A DNA stretch of 64,000 nt from positions 620,001-684,000 of the forward strand of contig BCIN01000006.1 in NCBI GenBank assembly GCA_039545335.1, in the 5' to 3' direction. The DNA is from Kondoa subrosea (lineage: Eukaryota). Positions 11,977 through 25,236 of the stretch are shown here, one piece after another (position 1 is the stretch's first letter; every line of letters starts with the position of its first letter). Under the pieces are notes generated by a model. The model was not told the DNA's origin. It did not search any database and worked only from the letters and a program-made list of their open reading frames with translations. The translations under genes and the position numbers were made by a program.

Positions 11977-12942
11977 TGCGTCAACGTAAAGCTGGCAAAC
12001 ATGCTCGGACCCGGTAAACTTCTTGGAGCAAAGCGAGCAAGCGAGATATACATGTGGTATGCGACATCCATAGGATCATCGACTCTGGAAGAAGTACTGC
12101 GGTATAACTGCTCAGCACTCGACACGAGCAAGCAAGATCTCCTTCGGGTGGATAATTTGTCGAGATCAATTAGTCGCTAGAGTCAATCTCGCCGAGAAAG
12201 CGATGGAGCTTATTTGCCATTCACACCAGACCAACCTCATATTCGTCCTCAGACTGATCTGTTCTAGTTCCCTCTCTTCAGCGTGCTTCGAGCATGAGCT
12301 TCGCTTGTACCGTCGGGCAACCTACTCGCGAGAAGACCTGGCTATATCACCGCTCTCTATCAACTGACGCTGACTGGCAACTATGCTGTGTTCAAAGTCT
12401 CCTTTGCGCTGTTTTGATCGCATCTCTGGTCCAAGACCGCACCCGAATTGATGCTGATAGCGACAACTGTTGGCTTATATTGTTTGAAATGCTTACTCTG
12501 GTCATCTTTCAAGTCAATTATGACGTATTGGCAAAATGTACTTCTTTCGCCCTAATGAGGCAAACGTCTCAATCAATTCGGCATCATCCATATATCAATT
12601 AGCCTTGAAAGTTACTGCTGATCGGCTCAGATAGCATTGTTATTGCGGATGCATCCTATCAATACCAATTTGGTCTGACTATCATCTCTCTAATTCATCA
12701 TGGGTGGTTTCACTGTAAGCGATCTAAGGCTGAACTTCTTGAGACAGAGCCTGACATTAATTGCCACCGCAATATAGACAGGTTTGCAAACCGATTTCCT
12801 GAGTGTGATCGGCTTGACTGGTACAGTTGGCTGTCTAGCAACGTTTCGACATTGTGTACCGGTCAGGTGCTTCCCGTATAAATGCATTATACGAGATTGC
12901 GTCTGAGATGATGTCTGCACAAGAGGATACTGATACGTATCG

Positions 12943-13163
12943 CAAGCAGGAATTCTTGGGCTAGACAATGCGCTGAAGACAATGGGTAGCTCGAGTCAAA
13001 GCTTGGTATCCAAATAGAAATGTCAAGGTCGCTGCTCTTCTCGACGTTTTCAGGCGGGTCTCTCTGCCTTTCTCTCGATGGCTTCTCTAGAACGGAGTTT
13101 GCTCATCTGAATCAACGAGAAATGCTACTGGAGAGTCTGGACTATGATAATGACCAGCTTATT
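12943..13163. repeat. Diverged direct repeat, copy 2 (partner 10852-11064)
   Basis: Same conserved blocks as copy 1, with substitutions and small indels. Confidence 0.85.
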
Positions 13164-13361
13164 CACGAGGCAACACAGTCGGATTCGCACTAAATGTCTG
13201 CGTGTGCTGCGGAATGTCTGCTCAGTCGTTGCTGAGGAAAGACATCCGCCCAATCCAATCTTTCTCTGACTCTTCTCTATCTCGTCATGTTGGGACGCTT
13301 TCTCACTTAACAGCACTACTATGATCAACCCAAGGTTTTCTCGCCCTGTTCAAATTCTGGA

Positions 13362-14120
13362 GATGCTGTATTGGGTTACGTAATCAGCCTGCGTGAGCTG
13401 AAAACNGCTCATCGCGACTATTGGCTGATACCAAATCACGTCGTTTGCTTTAGTCGTCTGAAGACATCTATCTCTGCTGAATTGCCGAAACGAAATGTGC
13501 CTCGTTCGCCCGAACGGCCCTAAGATTGCCCTTGTTGTCTAGGTCTACGACTCAAGCTAGGCTGCCAGTCAATACTCTGCCATCTGAAAGTAGATCGTAG
13601 CCATGTGGTACTTCGTGTCAATCATCAATCTCAAGATTGGGGCTCGTCATGCATTTTTTTGCGACTTCATCCTGGTGCACTTCAACAGAGCGATACAAGG
13701 ATGCCTCGAGACCAAACAGAGCCTGTTCTCACTCTTCATTTAACCAGTCGAATGCAATATACGCTCCGCAGATCAAATCTCAGGTTCTCGAAGATGGACA
13801 GGCAAACTAGGCATCTTCGGCGATCGTTCGGTACCGCAAGACATTGATCATTCAACACACAAAGGAGCGACCATCCTAAGCGAATACATGCATTACATAA
13901 TACTGTAATTGAGATCGACAATGTACAGCAAAGCGCTGATCCTCATCGAAGCACCCTTCCAGCAAGGTCTACGAGTTTAACACCTCCGCTCGTTCGGTTG
14001 AATAGTCTAGCGGTTAGGACGTAAGCGATCATCATGGCCTCGTCCTAGATCTCTTCTCATTCTTCTACGTTTTCAGACCAGATTTTGATACAATACTGTT
14101 GACCTTCTGGTAACCTGGGT
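13362..14120. repeat. 759-bp direct repeat, copy 2
   Basis: Matches 11148-11906; identity ends exactly at tRNA T-loop position 54 (CTGGGT). Confidence 0.95.
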
Positions 14121-14139
14121 TCGAACCCCAGTTCGACCT
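13996..14139 (+). tRNA. tRNA-Gln(UUG) copy 2 with two introns: exons 13996-14020, 14077-14088, 14105-14139
   Basis: Joined exons give GGTTGAA TA GTCT AGCGGTTA GGAC A CCAGA TT TTG A T TCTGG TAAC CTGGG TTCGAAC CCCAG TTCGACC T. All stems pair (acceptor includes T4-G69), A box TAGTCTAGCGG and B box GGTTCGAACCC are intact, discriminator is U73. 56-nt GT-AG intron 14021-14076 and 16-nt canonical intron 14089-14104. Confidence 0.9.
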
Positions 14140-14144
14140 TTTTT
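14139..14144 (+). terminator. RNA polymerase III T-run terminator
   Basis: TTTTTT immediately after the acceptor stem of tRNA-Gln copy 2. Confidence 0.75.
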
Positions 14145-14151
14145 GGCCTTT

Positions 14152-14576
14152 CCATCTCGCACCCTCGCATGTAAATCCTCCAAGCAGGCCGACGCTCTGT
14201 CGGACGAGGAGATGGACCTAGAGCAAGGCGTAAGACTCGCTCCTTTAACTCCGTGCAGGATGAGCTGATTTACGCTTGCACAGCAACATGATATTCGAGC
14301 TCAACGGACGGCTTCCTGATACCTATAGGTCGTCTGACAACACATGAGGATGAGATGGATGTGAGTTCATCTTCTTCCGAGCGAACGCGTGCAAGCTGAC
14401 TATCTGACCAGGACACGCTTGCCCATGAGTGCTCAATCAAGCCGCACGCAGTGACTAATTCTGCTCAATCTCTGCAGTGAAGGATCCCCTCAGCCGCCTA
14501 TGCAAAGCCAGCATCCGAGAGTTGGTGCAGCTGCAGAAGAAGCTGGCATCACCCTCCCTCCTGATACCATTCCGCC
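14152..14576 (+). pseudogene. Inverted, truncated, frameshifted duplicate of the APC15-like gene
   Basis: Lacks the 5' and 3' parts. Exon 2 reads CAA CAT GAT ATT CGA GCT CAA CGG ACG GCT TCC TGA (1-nt net deletion, premature stop) versus QHDIRAHGHSFLIPIGR in the intact copy. Confidence 0.75.
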
Positions 14577-14599
14577 TCATTTGTTCGCACACATCAACA

Positions 14600-15459
14600 G
14601 TAGCGATGCCAGTGTTGAGCAGTTTGGATCCATCACCCTCGGACACGTGAGATGTCGTGTCATCGATCCCGTTGGCGAATTTACACATCAAGATTTACCT
14701 ATTCTCTCGCTGATACATAGTCCTCGGCATCTTTTCAGCTTGTTGTCCTCACATCGGTAGCTGCGCTTACCTTGATCTGCTTAGCTAGATGTCTGGCTTT
14801 CTTGTTTCCTTCCTTTTCATCTGCAGCCGAAGGCAATCTGACCGTCCCTAGTTCAACGGCATACCTATTCTCACAATCAGCCTTCCTTTTGAACACTGAT
14901 GGCAAAGGCGGACTTACGTCTGTAGATCTCCTTTAAGCGCTTCGATCTCTTCTTCCAACTTGTTCACTTCTTCCGTATATTTCATTTCCTCTTCTTTCAG
15001 CTTCTCCAATACTTCTTCAAACGACATGATAGTGAGCTTAGGCTTCCGTATGCTCCTGAACCCATCTTCTTCCTCTGCTCCCTCAACCTCGAGATCCGAT
15101 CCGTCTTCTTCTTCTTCAGACGAGGAATACTCTTCCGCTGCAGGCAAAGTGGAAGTGAATTCATGAATGTTCTTCTTCACTTTCCCTCTGACCGTAGTTC
15201 GTTGCTGGATCAGAATCGCATAAAGTGCAGTCAGACTTTCTCTATTCAATCCTTGCTACTTAGCTTTTCGCATATGCATATGTCAAACAACGCACAGATT
15301 GACAGGTCTGTTTGGATTGGCTCTGGTTAAAGCTGCTGAAATATCTTGAATCGGGATAGAATCCAGCAAGAGGGTAGAGTCGAGGAGAATTCGAGTGATT
15401 AGTGATTTAGCTGTGATTTCGTTTGAAGAAGAAGAGCGGCGAGGACGTTTGTTTGACAT
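14600..15459 (-). CDS. Hypothetical protein with acidic stretch and coiled coil (3' end uncertain)
   Basis: Start MSNKRPRRSSSSNEITAKSLITRILL at 15459; exon 14914-15249 (EEYSSSEEEEDG...LEEEIEALKGDLQT) is bounded by splice signals. Confidence 0.5.
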
Positions 15460-15793
15460 AGTGTGTTAGAAGCTGAAGCGTAAGAGGGAGATAGACTGCT
15501 GTTTCTCACTGTCAATCAGACTCGTGTGAAAGGATTGTCCGGAGAAGAATATACTAGCTCGCCGATACAAAAAGATAGCGATACAGTGCAGACACAGAGA
15601 AAGATGCAGGTCGAGGCAACAGAAATCTTTGAACTCTGGCTTTGAGTCAAGACTTAAGAAGGCAGAACTTTGAGTTTCGCGCTCCTGCGAGGATCTCAAT
15701 CCGGCTCTGACACCTCCAAGTTGCCTTCGACTGAAGCAGAGCACAAGAAACGCGTTATCCAGAAATGGAATTGCTTGTTTTCTGGCAAGCACC

Positions 15794-17191
15794 ATGTCTG
15801 ATTCAGAAGCTGCCTCTGGCGAAGAGACTGGCTCCCACACGAAGCTCACTTCACTCCATCATCTGTTCCTGCAAGCCTGTATTACGCGAAGGAACTTGAC
15901 AGAGGCCATTGCTGCCAAAATTCATCAGAAGTCTTGCAAACTGCTCAAGAGTGCGGCTTCTTTTTGTTCTCTTTTTACGCGTCTGAGGCTTTGTTCTGTG
16001 TTGTCATGAAATAGTCCCCTACAAAGAACAAGATTTCCCAAACCTCATTACAGACGTGAATGATGTGTTGGAGAAGTTGGGCTTCAAGCTCAAACGATCC
16101 TCTGACCCATTGACTGGCAAACCTCATCTGTTGTTTGTGAACACAAAAAGTGATTTACTGGCTCAAGTAGCTACCGAGTACAATCCTCAAGAGATTGCTT
16201 ACTTTCGACGACTGGTTCGTGCTTGTCCGATCTCTTGCTAGCGCCTAGCTCAGATTTGACTGTGATGCAAACAGATTGAAGAAATCATGACCGCGGATGA
16301 TGTGAAGTGTTCCATTACGACTTTCGAAGCTACAAATCAAGCAAAAGAAATCAAACCTGCTTTAAAGAAGACACAAGCTCAGAATCTGCTAGATTCTTTT
16401 GTAGCTAAAGGTGACTCTGACCCTGTTTGTAACGCGATGAGGCTAACGCAAGTATGAGGATGGCTGCATCGCTCTAATAAAGGAAGCTATTCACTCTCCT
16501 TGCGTTCGCTCGTCGAATTGGAGCACTACCTAGGGACGGAATTCGAGGATGAGACATCGGTCAAATGCCACGATTGCTCGGAATTAGTCACGGTCGTGCG
16601 TCATCGCAGTCCTCCATTCAGCTATGTTCTGATGTGTAGAAATTCACGATTGTACAGGGTTATCTATGTCCTGCTGAGGAATGTGATGCGAGAATGCATA
16701 AGCATTGTCTGGCTACATGGCACAAGACAAAGACTGTTTGTCCAGGTTGCAAATTGTTCGTTCTATACTCTACATTTGTCCTGCTGTTTTCAGAACGCTG
16801 AGTGATTCGCAGACCTTGGCCTAAAGATGTGAAGAAGCTAATCCTTATTGGTGAAAAAGAAGACGATAATGCACAATCCGCTGCTCGTGATGATGAAGAA
16901 GAGGAGGAGGAGGAGGAAGAAGAAACAGCAGCATCGTCGAAGAAGAAGAAGGCAGCAGCAAAGAAAGGGAAGGCTGCTGCGAAGAAGAGCAAAGGCACTC
17001 GGTCTACCCGAGCGACTCAAGCGGATGATGACGAAGAGGAGGAAGATGAGTTAGCTCCGACACAACCTACTCAGCAAGAAGACAGTAGTCCAGTAACGCA
17101 AAGGAGGTCGAGTGGAAGAAAGAGGGATACTAATCAGATGGAGAAACTCACTCAGATAGAGAAAGAAATGAATGAAATGGGTAAGTCATAG
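15794..17191 (+). CDS. NSE1: SMC5/6 complex non-SMC element 1 (RING domain)
   Basis: HHLFLQACITRR; FVNTKSDLLAQVATEYNPQEIAYFRRL; RSLVELEHYL..C..C.ELVT.G..C....C..RMH.HC RING; acidic/basic tail. Confidence 0.85.
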
Positions 17192-17316
17192 TCTCCATTC
17201 AGCAAGTATGCTAATGTGGCCTCTGCAGATGAAGACGATGACGATGATTAATCTTCTGTACCAAAGTCTTGTACAATGCTACACTATTTGTATTACATTT
17301 TCGGCTAAGTGACAAT

Positions 17317-19368
17317 CTAGTGGAACTGCGTCTCGGTTGAATCTTTCCCTGACGCAGCTGTAGCGCTCGAACCAGCCGATACGCCTGTAGTAGACATTCA
17401 GAAGAGTTGCCGAAAGTCTGAAACATAACTCACTGTTCAATATCCTATCGATATAACTTGCTCCACTCCATTTCTGGTGCGTTAAAACATCGCAGCCTAG
17501 TTCTGCTTCTCTCTTCTGAACCAGATTGACATAAGCCAACATGCCTTCGGTCTTGAATTTAGTGGATAGTTCATCTACCGACGCAGTGAGCTATATAAGA
17601 CAAGTATGCGGAGAGTAGGCTCACGTGTTATTGTAGCTCCGCTGTGCAATCCAGCCAAACTAATCAATTGGAATACGAAACCACATTCGGCCAAGTCCCA
17701 AACGAAGGATTTCAGATCCGCATCCGAGAAACCATGAGCTGACCAATTGAAGGAAGGAGAGAGGTTGTAGACGAGCCATTTGCCAGGGACCACTTTGTGA
17801 ATATCATTTGAGAAATCTTGAGCTTCTTTTAACGTAGGGGTCTTGGTTTCTAGCCAGAGCATATCGGCGTATGGTGAGAAAGCTAAGACACGTTTCACCG
17901 CTGCCTGTCATTGGCCAGGATTCGTTAGCCAAACGAATGGACTACAAATCCGATCACTGACCGGCATGCCACCTTTGTAATGATAGTAACCTTCGCGCGT
18001 TCGAGGTAAATCCCAGTCCCACCCTAATTCTCGACCAAGAGCTTCTTTGGCTGCCACTCGCATATCGGTAAGGGATACATTGGGCCCGCTGACAGCTTCT
18101 TTGTATGCTGAGAATTTGAAGTCAGCTTCCGAGGAGGAGGATTTCTTCAAAGCTCGTTGAACAGCTTCTCGTCATATTTCAGATATATCCAAGAAAGGGT
18201 ATTGTATTGACACACCTTCGCTGAAAGTACACAGCTTAACACTACTCGTCCATTTGGCTTCGAGATCATTGATTTCAGGTCCGGAAGCACCAGATTGTTC
18301 TGCCATTGCGATTTCTTGAGCTAGAGGTTTCAAACCAGGATGATCATCCGTTTCGACTCCCAGCACAAATTCGTGATCCCTCATGTCCGCAGTAGAGCTG
18401 ATAAGTTTCCCACTTTCTGCATCACTTCGAGCCAGCAACAAAGTTTCCAATCCCATGATATCGAATTGCATCCGAGCAGCTATCAAACGAGAAACGTGTT
18501 CTGCAATAGGAACCAGGACTTTTCCTCCTTGATGACCACATTTCTTTCCGCCGTGCAATTGATCTTCAAGGTGAATGCCTGCTGCACCTGATTCACCAAA
18601 CATTTTCGCTAGCTTCATTACTGATGAGAGACCGCCGTGTCTAGCTCGGAACTTAAGGGTGAAGGCAATTGGATAGGTAGGACAGGACTAACCCTGTATC
18701 GCCATCTGCAATAATCGGTCGAAGGTAATCTATATACTTGAGCTTCTCCCTTTTCTCTTTCGGCACACTGAAGCGTTCATCCAGATGCTTCTTATCATGT
18801 AATTGTTGAGCTTTGAAGAGTCTTTGAACTTGATTCGGGACAGTCGTGTATGGGTAGTCAGCTAAACACATTCAATACACGAGCGAAATCAGAAGCTTGG
18901 CAACACTGTGCGAGACTCGGACTGACCTAAATCAGGTCCTACATCGTTCATTGCTGTAGTGAGAACAGAAGAAGCAGCCCAACCAGAAACATAGACAACT
19001 TCTTGATTAGCAGCCATTTGAGATTGTTGCACAGGATCAATAGCTCCCAATGTATGAATCGGTTCCTTCTTTTCAGCAGCACGAGAGAAGAGAGCAAAGA
19101 GTTTCTGAGCTTGAATATTGATAGGATTCAAAGGTGTGACTGGGAAGTTGCCTCGTTTTGTAGCTACATCTCGAGCAGTGTAAGGTCGCTTGATGTTCTT
19201 GAATCGAGGTGATTCAAACCAGGCTTGAATTTCTGCAGTAGTAGCTTCTAGTTTGGCTTCCTCTTCTGCAAGGGACGGCGGGTCCAAAGAATATGGGGGT
19301 GAAGAACTCATACTTCGTAGCAACAAGGTCTTGGTAGGCACTCTATTGGCAGCTCTATTCAGAAGCAT
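17317..19368 (-). CDS. Isocitrate lyase family, probable mitochondrial 2-methylisocitrate lyase
   Basis: [69 protein letters not shown]; Arg/Leu/Ser-rich N terminus like a presequence. KKCGH is followed by Q rather than the M typical of ICL1. Confidence 0.85.
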
Positions 19369-19543
19369 CCTGGAATGACAGCTAGGTATAGAGCAAGCTC
19401 TGATACCGAGTTCTGCGGTATATCTTCGTTGATCGGAGTCAAGGTGCTGTCGAAACGCGTGGACGACGGAGTCGGTATTTCGATTATCATTACAGAGTAC
19501 GGCATTTGCAGTCTATGTAGCTACACTATTGCTTCCTCTGCAA

Positions 19544-20937
19544 CTAATCGTCATCATGCGAGTGCTTGTGCATATCAGCAACCGATCCTTGAACTTCACC
19601 AGAATCACCCAAGATCTCCAAGCTGTCGATCCTAGTTACGTCCCCTTCGCCCTGGTTGGAAAGCACAAAGATGCTCAAGCAAGAAACTTTGATGAATCGA
19701 ACAAAACGAAGTTCGACAGCTTCGTCGCCTTTGGCTTGTGCTTCAGTCAGCGTGAGTTCTTGAGTGGCCTCTTCGGACTACGCAATCAAAAGCATGAGCG
19801 GATTTGCTCAGACGGGAAGCGCGACTTACTTCTGCTTCGTCAAAACCCAGGTTGAAGCGATCAACAAACAGCTTGATCTTCTTTGGCGCTTTCTCTACTT
19901 CTGCAGCAGCTGTCTTGAACTTGAGTGCTTTGACTATCGTACGTGCTTTCAGCTAAAGTTGATTAAATACTCAAGCCGGAGACTACCTTTGACAATTTGC
20001 TGAGTCTAGTATAAATTATATCAGCGTCATTGACCGGAACATCAGAGATCAGAATGTACTGGAATACTGATCAGCAGTTGCTCATCTGCATCGCTTTCCA
20101 GATAACCAGCAGACTGGAACAGATTTCTAACATTATGTTCCGCATTCTCGTTCAAACAGGAAAGGTTGGCTTTTTCCATGTGTGAAACCAAAGAGGAGCC
20201 ATGCGCTGATGAAGACGAAGATCCAGAACCAGACGCTTCAGAGGTAGCTGCTGTTGCGTGTTTCTGGATCATCGCTCTTAAACCTGCTGGATTGGCGCCT
20301 TGCAGCTACCAATCGGATACTCAGTACCTGTAAGCCAAGAAAGAATCAGACCTACTCTATCTACTGTTTGGGAGTTTTTGATGAAGACGAAAGCTAATGT
20401 GATCGTCAATCGTCAGCATAACACATGCGTATGTCGGCTTACTAGGCATGGCAGAAACATTGCTAGTAAGTGCATTGTCGTCAGCTACGTCCCCACTTAT
20501 TGAATAATCCCACTCACTAAGCACGCGCGATGGATTGATTCGCGTCAACATCGACTTTGGTGAAGACTACATTCGAGAACTGATTGCTCAGTTGCTCAAA
20601 GACCGGGCCAATGACTGCAACAGAGACATTCAGCACCTCTCACGTGGACAAGTAGCGTGCTCTCACCTTTGCATGGTCCGCTGCAATCCATTCACATCAG
20701 TAGCTGCCCTGCACGAGTTTTGAGAGGCAGGGCTAACCACCAGGTTGCTGTGAAGTCTATAGCGACCAACTAGGAGATCGAATGAGCACGAGAATATAGC
20801 TGTAGGAAGCTGCTTACTTTACCACCCTATTACAAAACACAACGTCAGCGAGTTGTCGGGAGAAAGCACTGTATACGGACAGCGGATGATAGGATAGAGG
20901 CTAATTGGCTCTCTGATGTGATTGCAGTGACCGGCAT
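19544..20937 (-). CDS. Thioredoxin-like protein 1 (thioredoxin + PITH domain)
   Basis: Spliced MPVTAITSESQLASILSSA|GGK|LVAIDFTATWC|GPCK; SAMP|TFVF; YLESDADEQLLISIP; SIFVLSNQGEGDVTRID (TXNL1/Txl1 architecture). Confidence 0.88.
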
Positions 20938-21667
20938 AGCTGCTTAAGGGAGGTATCTGTTAGTAGAAGAGACCTTTGCGAAATTGCGAGCAGCTTGTCA
21001 GCAAACCATGTCATTTGTTGGATACTTCTGACTGCTTGCTTTGCTCTAGCTCTACTTTGAACAATATTCCGTGAAGATTAGCTGCTCTCTCGAAGCCTGA
21101 TCTCGGTGGAATCGACCAGTACTGTCTCGACGTCTAGTGTCTGTATGGCTCTGCTTCCGATCTTTTGTCTTCTCGTCACTCGTTGTACTACTGTGCTTCA
21201 TATAAGTGGGTCCAATTGTACTGTTTCAGCTCTTTCAGCTGAGCTAGAGCGTTCACTCATGCTTATGGCCATATATATTATCTTTCGCTCTTCCCGAATC
21301 AGCCTGAGGGTCCCCATGTCCTTCTATGACTGTCTCTCGCCGTAACCTCAAGTCTCAATAAGGGGTTTATTTTTTTCGTCAGCTTCGGTTGGCGATTCGA
21401 TCTACGCGACCGAGCGTGACCGATGACAAGGACAGTCATTCATGTCACCTAGTATCGCTTAGTATCGGTACACGCGAAGTCGAAGTCTCTTTAATTCGGA
21501 CTGCCCCAGCTGATATCAAACTCTCTGCCAGACTAGAGACTTGTTACTATGAATGCTTTCTCTTCTATGCTCTGCGCATCCAATTTTCGCATAGCATATG
21601 TCTCGGCCTTTGCTTCCAGAGCTGCATGGAATCCACTTATACAATAATTGCAGCGCTGCTGTCTTGC

Positions 21668-22202
21668 TTATATTCCATTTCCGCCTCCCTCTCTTCGTTC
21701 CTCTTTGTATCCATTCCCTTGGCTCTTAGCAATACCTGCTGCTAATCCCACTGCTCCCAAACCAGCGCCTATCACCGTACCAGCACCAATACCAGCAGCA
21801 CCGATAGATTGAGCAACAGCAAATGCTGAACCGGCAGGAACAAAGCCAGCATAGGCCGCTTGAATGGTTGCAGCCATGGATCCTGCCATCAATACAAGGT
21901 GTGATGAAGAGTAACAGTGTCTCGAGAAAAGAGAGAAACTGACCACCTGCTACTCCGCCTAGAGTAAAACCTATCGCACGCAAAATCACTGGTGCAAGCG
22001 GCACTGGTGAGATGGACAATAAGGCCCAAAATTGCCAGGCGACAAGAAATGGCAGCATCTACCTTGTATGTAAGCTGCATTGGACATCTGAGAACAATCG
22101 CTCACTGTATTTGTCTGGCCAGTGGTCGGTCTTTCTGTAGAGCAGTATCCAATGTACGCTAGCTAAGGGACAAGACAGTGACGTGAATGGATTGATCCGC
22201 AT
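21668..22202 (-). CDS. IFI6/IFI27 (ISG12)-like small hydrophobic protein (start approximate)
   Basis: AIGFTLGGVAG|GSMAATIQAAYAGFVPAGSAFAVAQSIGAAG matches the Ifi-6-16 motif GFT..GI.AGS.AA.......GG.V.AGS..A..QS.GA. Confidence 0.75.
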
Positions 22203-22427
22203 TTGCTGCGGGCAAATGCGCCAGGTGTCTCGGGTAGTAGATTACGTAAGCTAATTGCAATAAGCTTCTGCGGCTCCAGCGGACTCGAGGCTCTGATATC
22301 GCTACCGCAGTTCTGTCCTATGTGTGTTTCAAATACAATTGCATTACATTGGGGTAGAAGCCTCCTCGTACAAATTACATAAAATCTATTTCCTTGTTCT
22401 CGCACAACGTTACCCCCGTTTTCAGCG

Positions 22428-25090
<2,663 letters not shown>

Positions 25091-25236
25091 TTCAAGAACA
25101 GTAGGGCATACCCTAGCATACTATTTTATGATTATTAGAGCTATACTTACGCGCTTTACACGACCTTTCAAAACACTTTCTTATTTTTCAATTTGCACAG
25201 ACACAGGCTCATTTGATTACAGCGACTCAATTTCCA

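Noticed and set aside
14021..14076. Archaeal/red-algal-type bulge-helix-bulge non-canonical tRNA intron
   Set aside because: I could not build a convincing BHB across the two junctions, and the ends fit GT-AG consensus. Not excluded without experiment.
10158..14576. Possible DNA transposon with terminal inverted repeats
   Set aside because: The inverted repeats are pieces of a host APC15-like gene; no transposase ORF or target-site duplication seen.
16880..17050. GAA/GAG triplet-like repeats here and at 52800-53000
   Set aside because: They encode acidic or lysine-rich low-complexity protein segments of NSE1 and CAF-1A.
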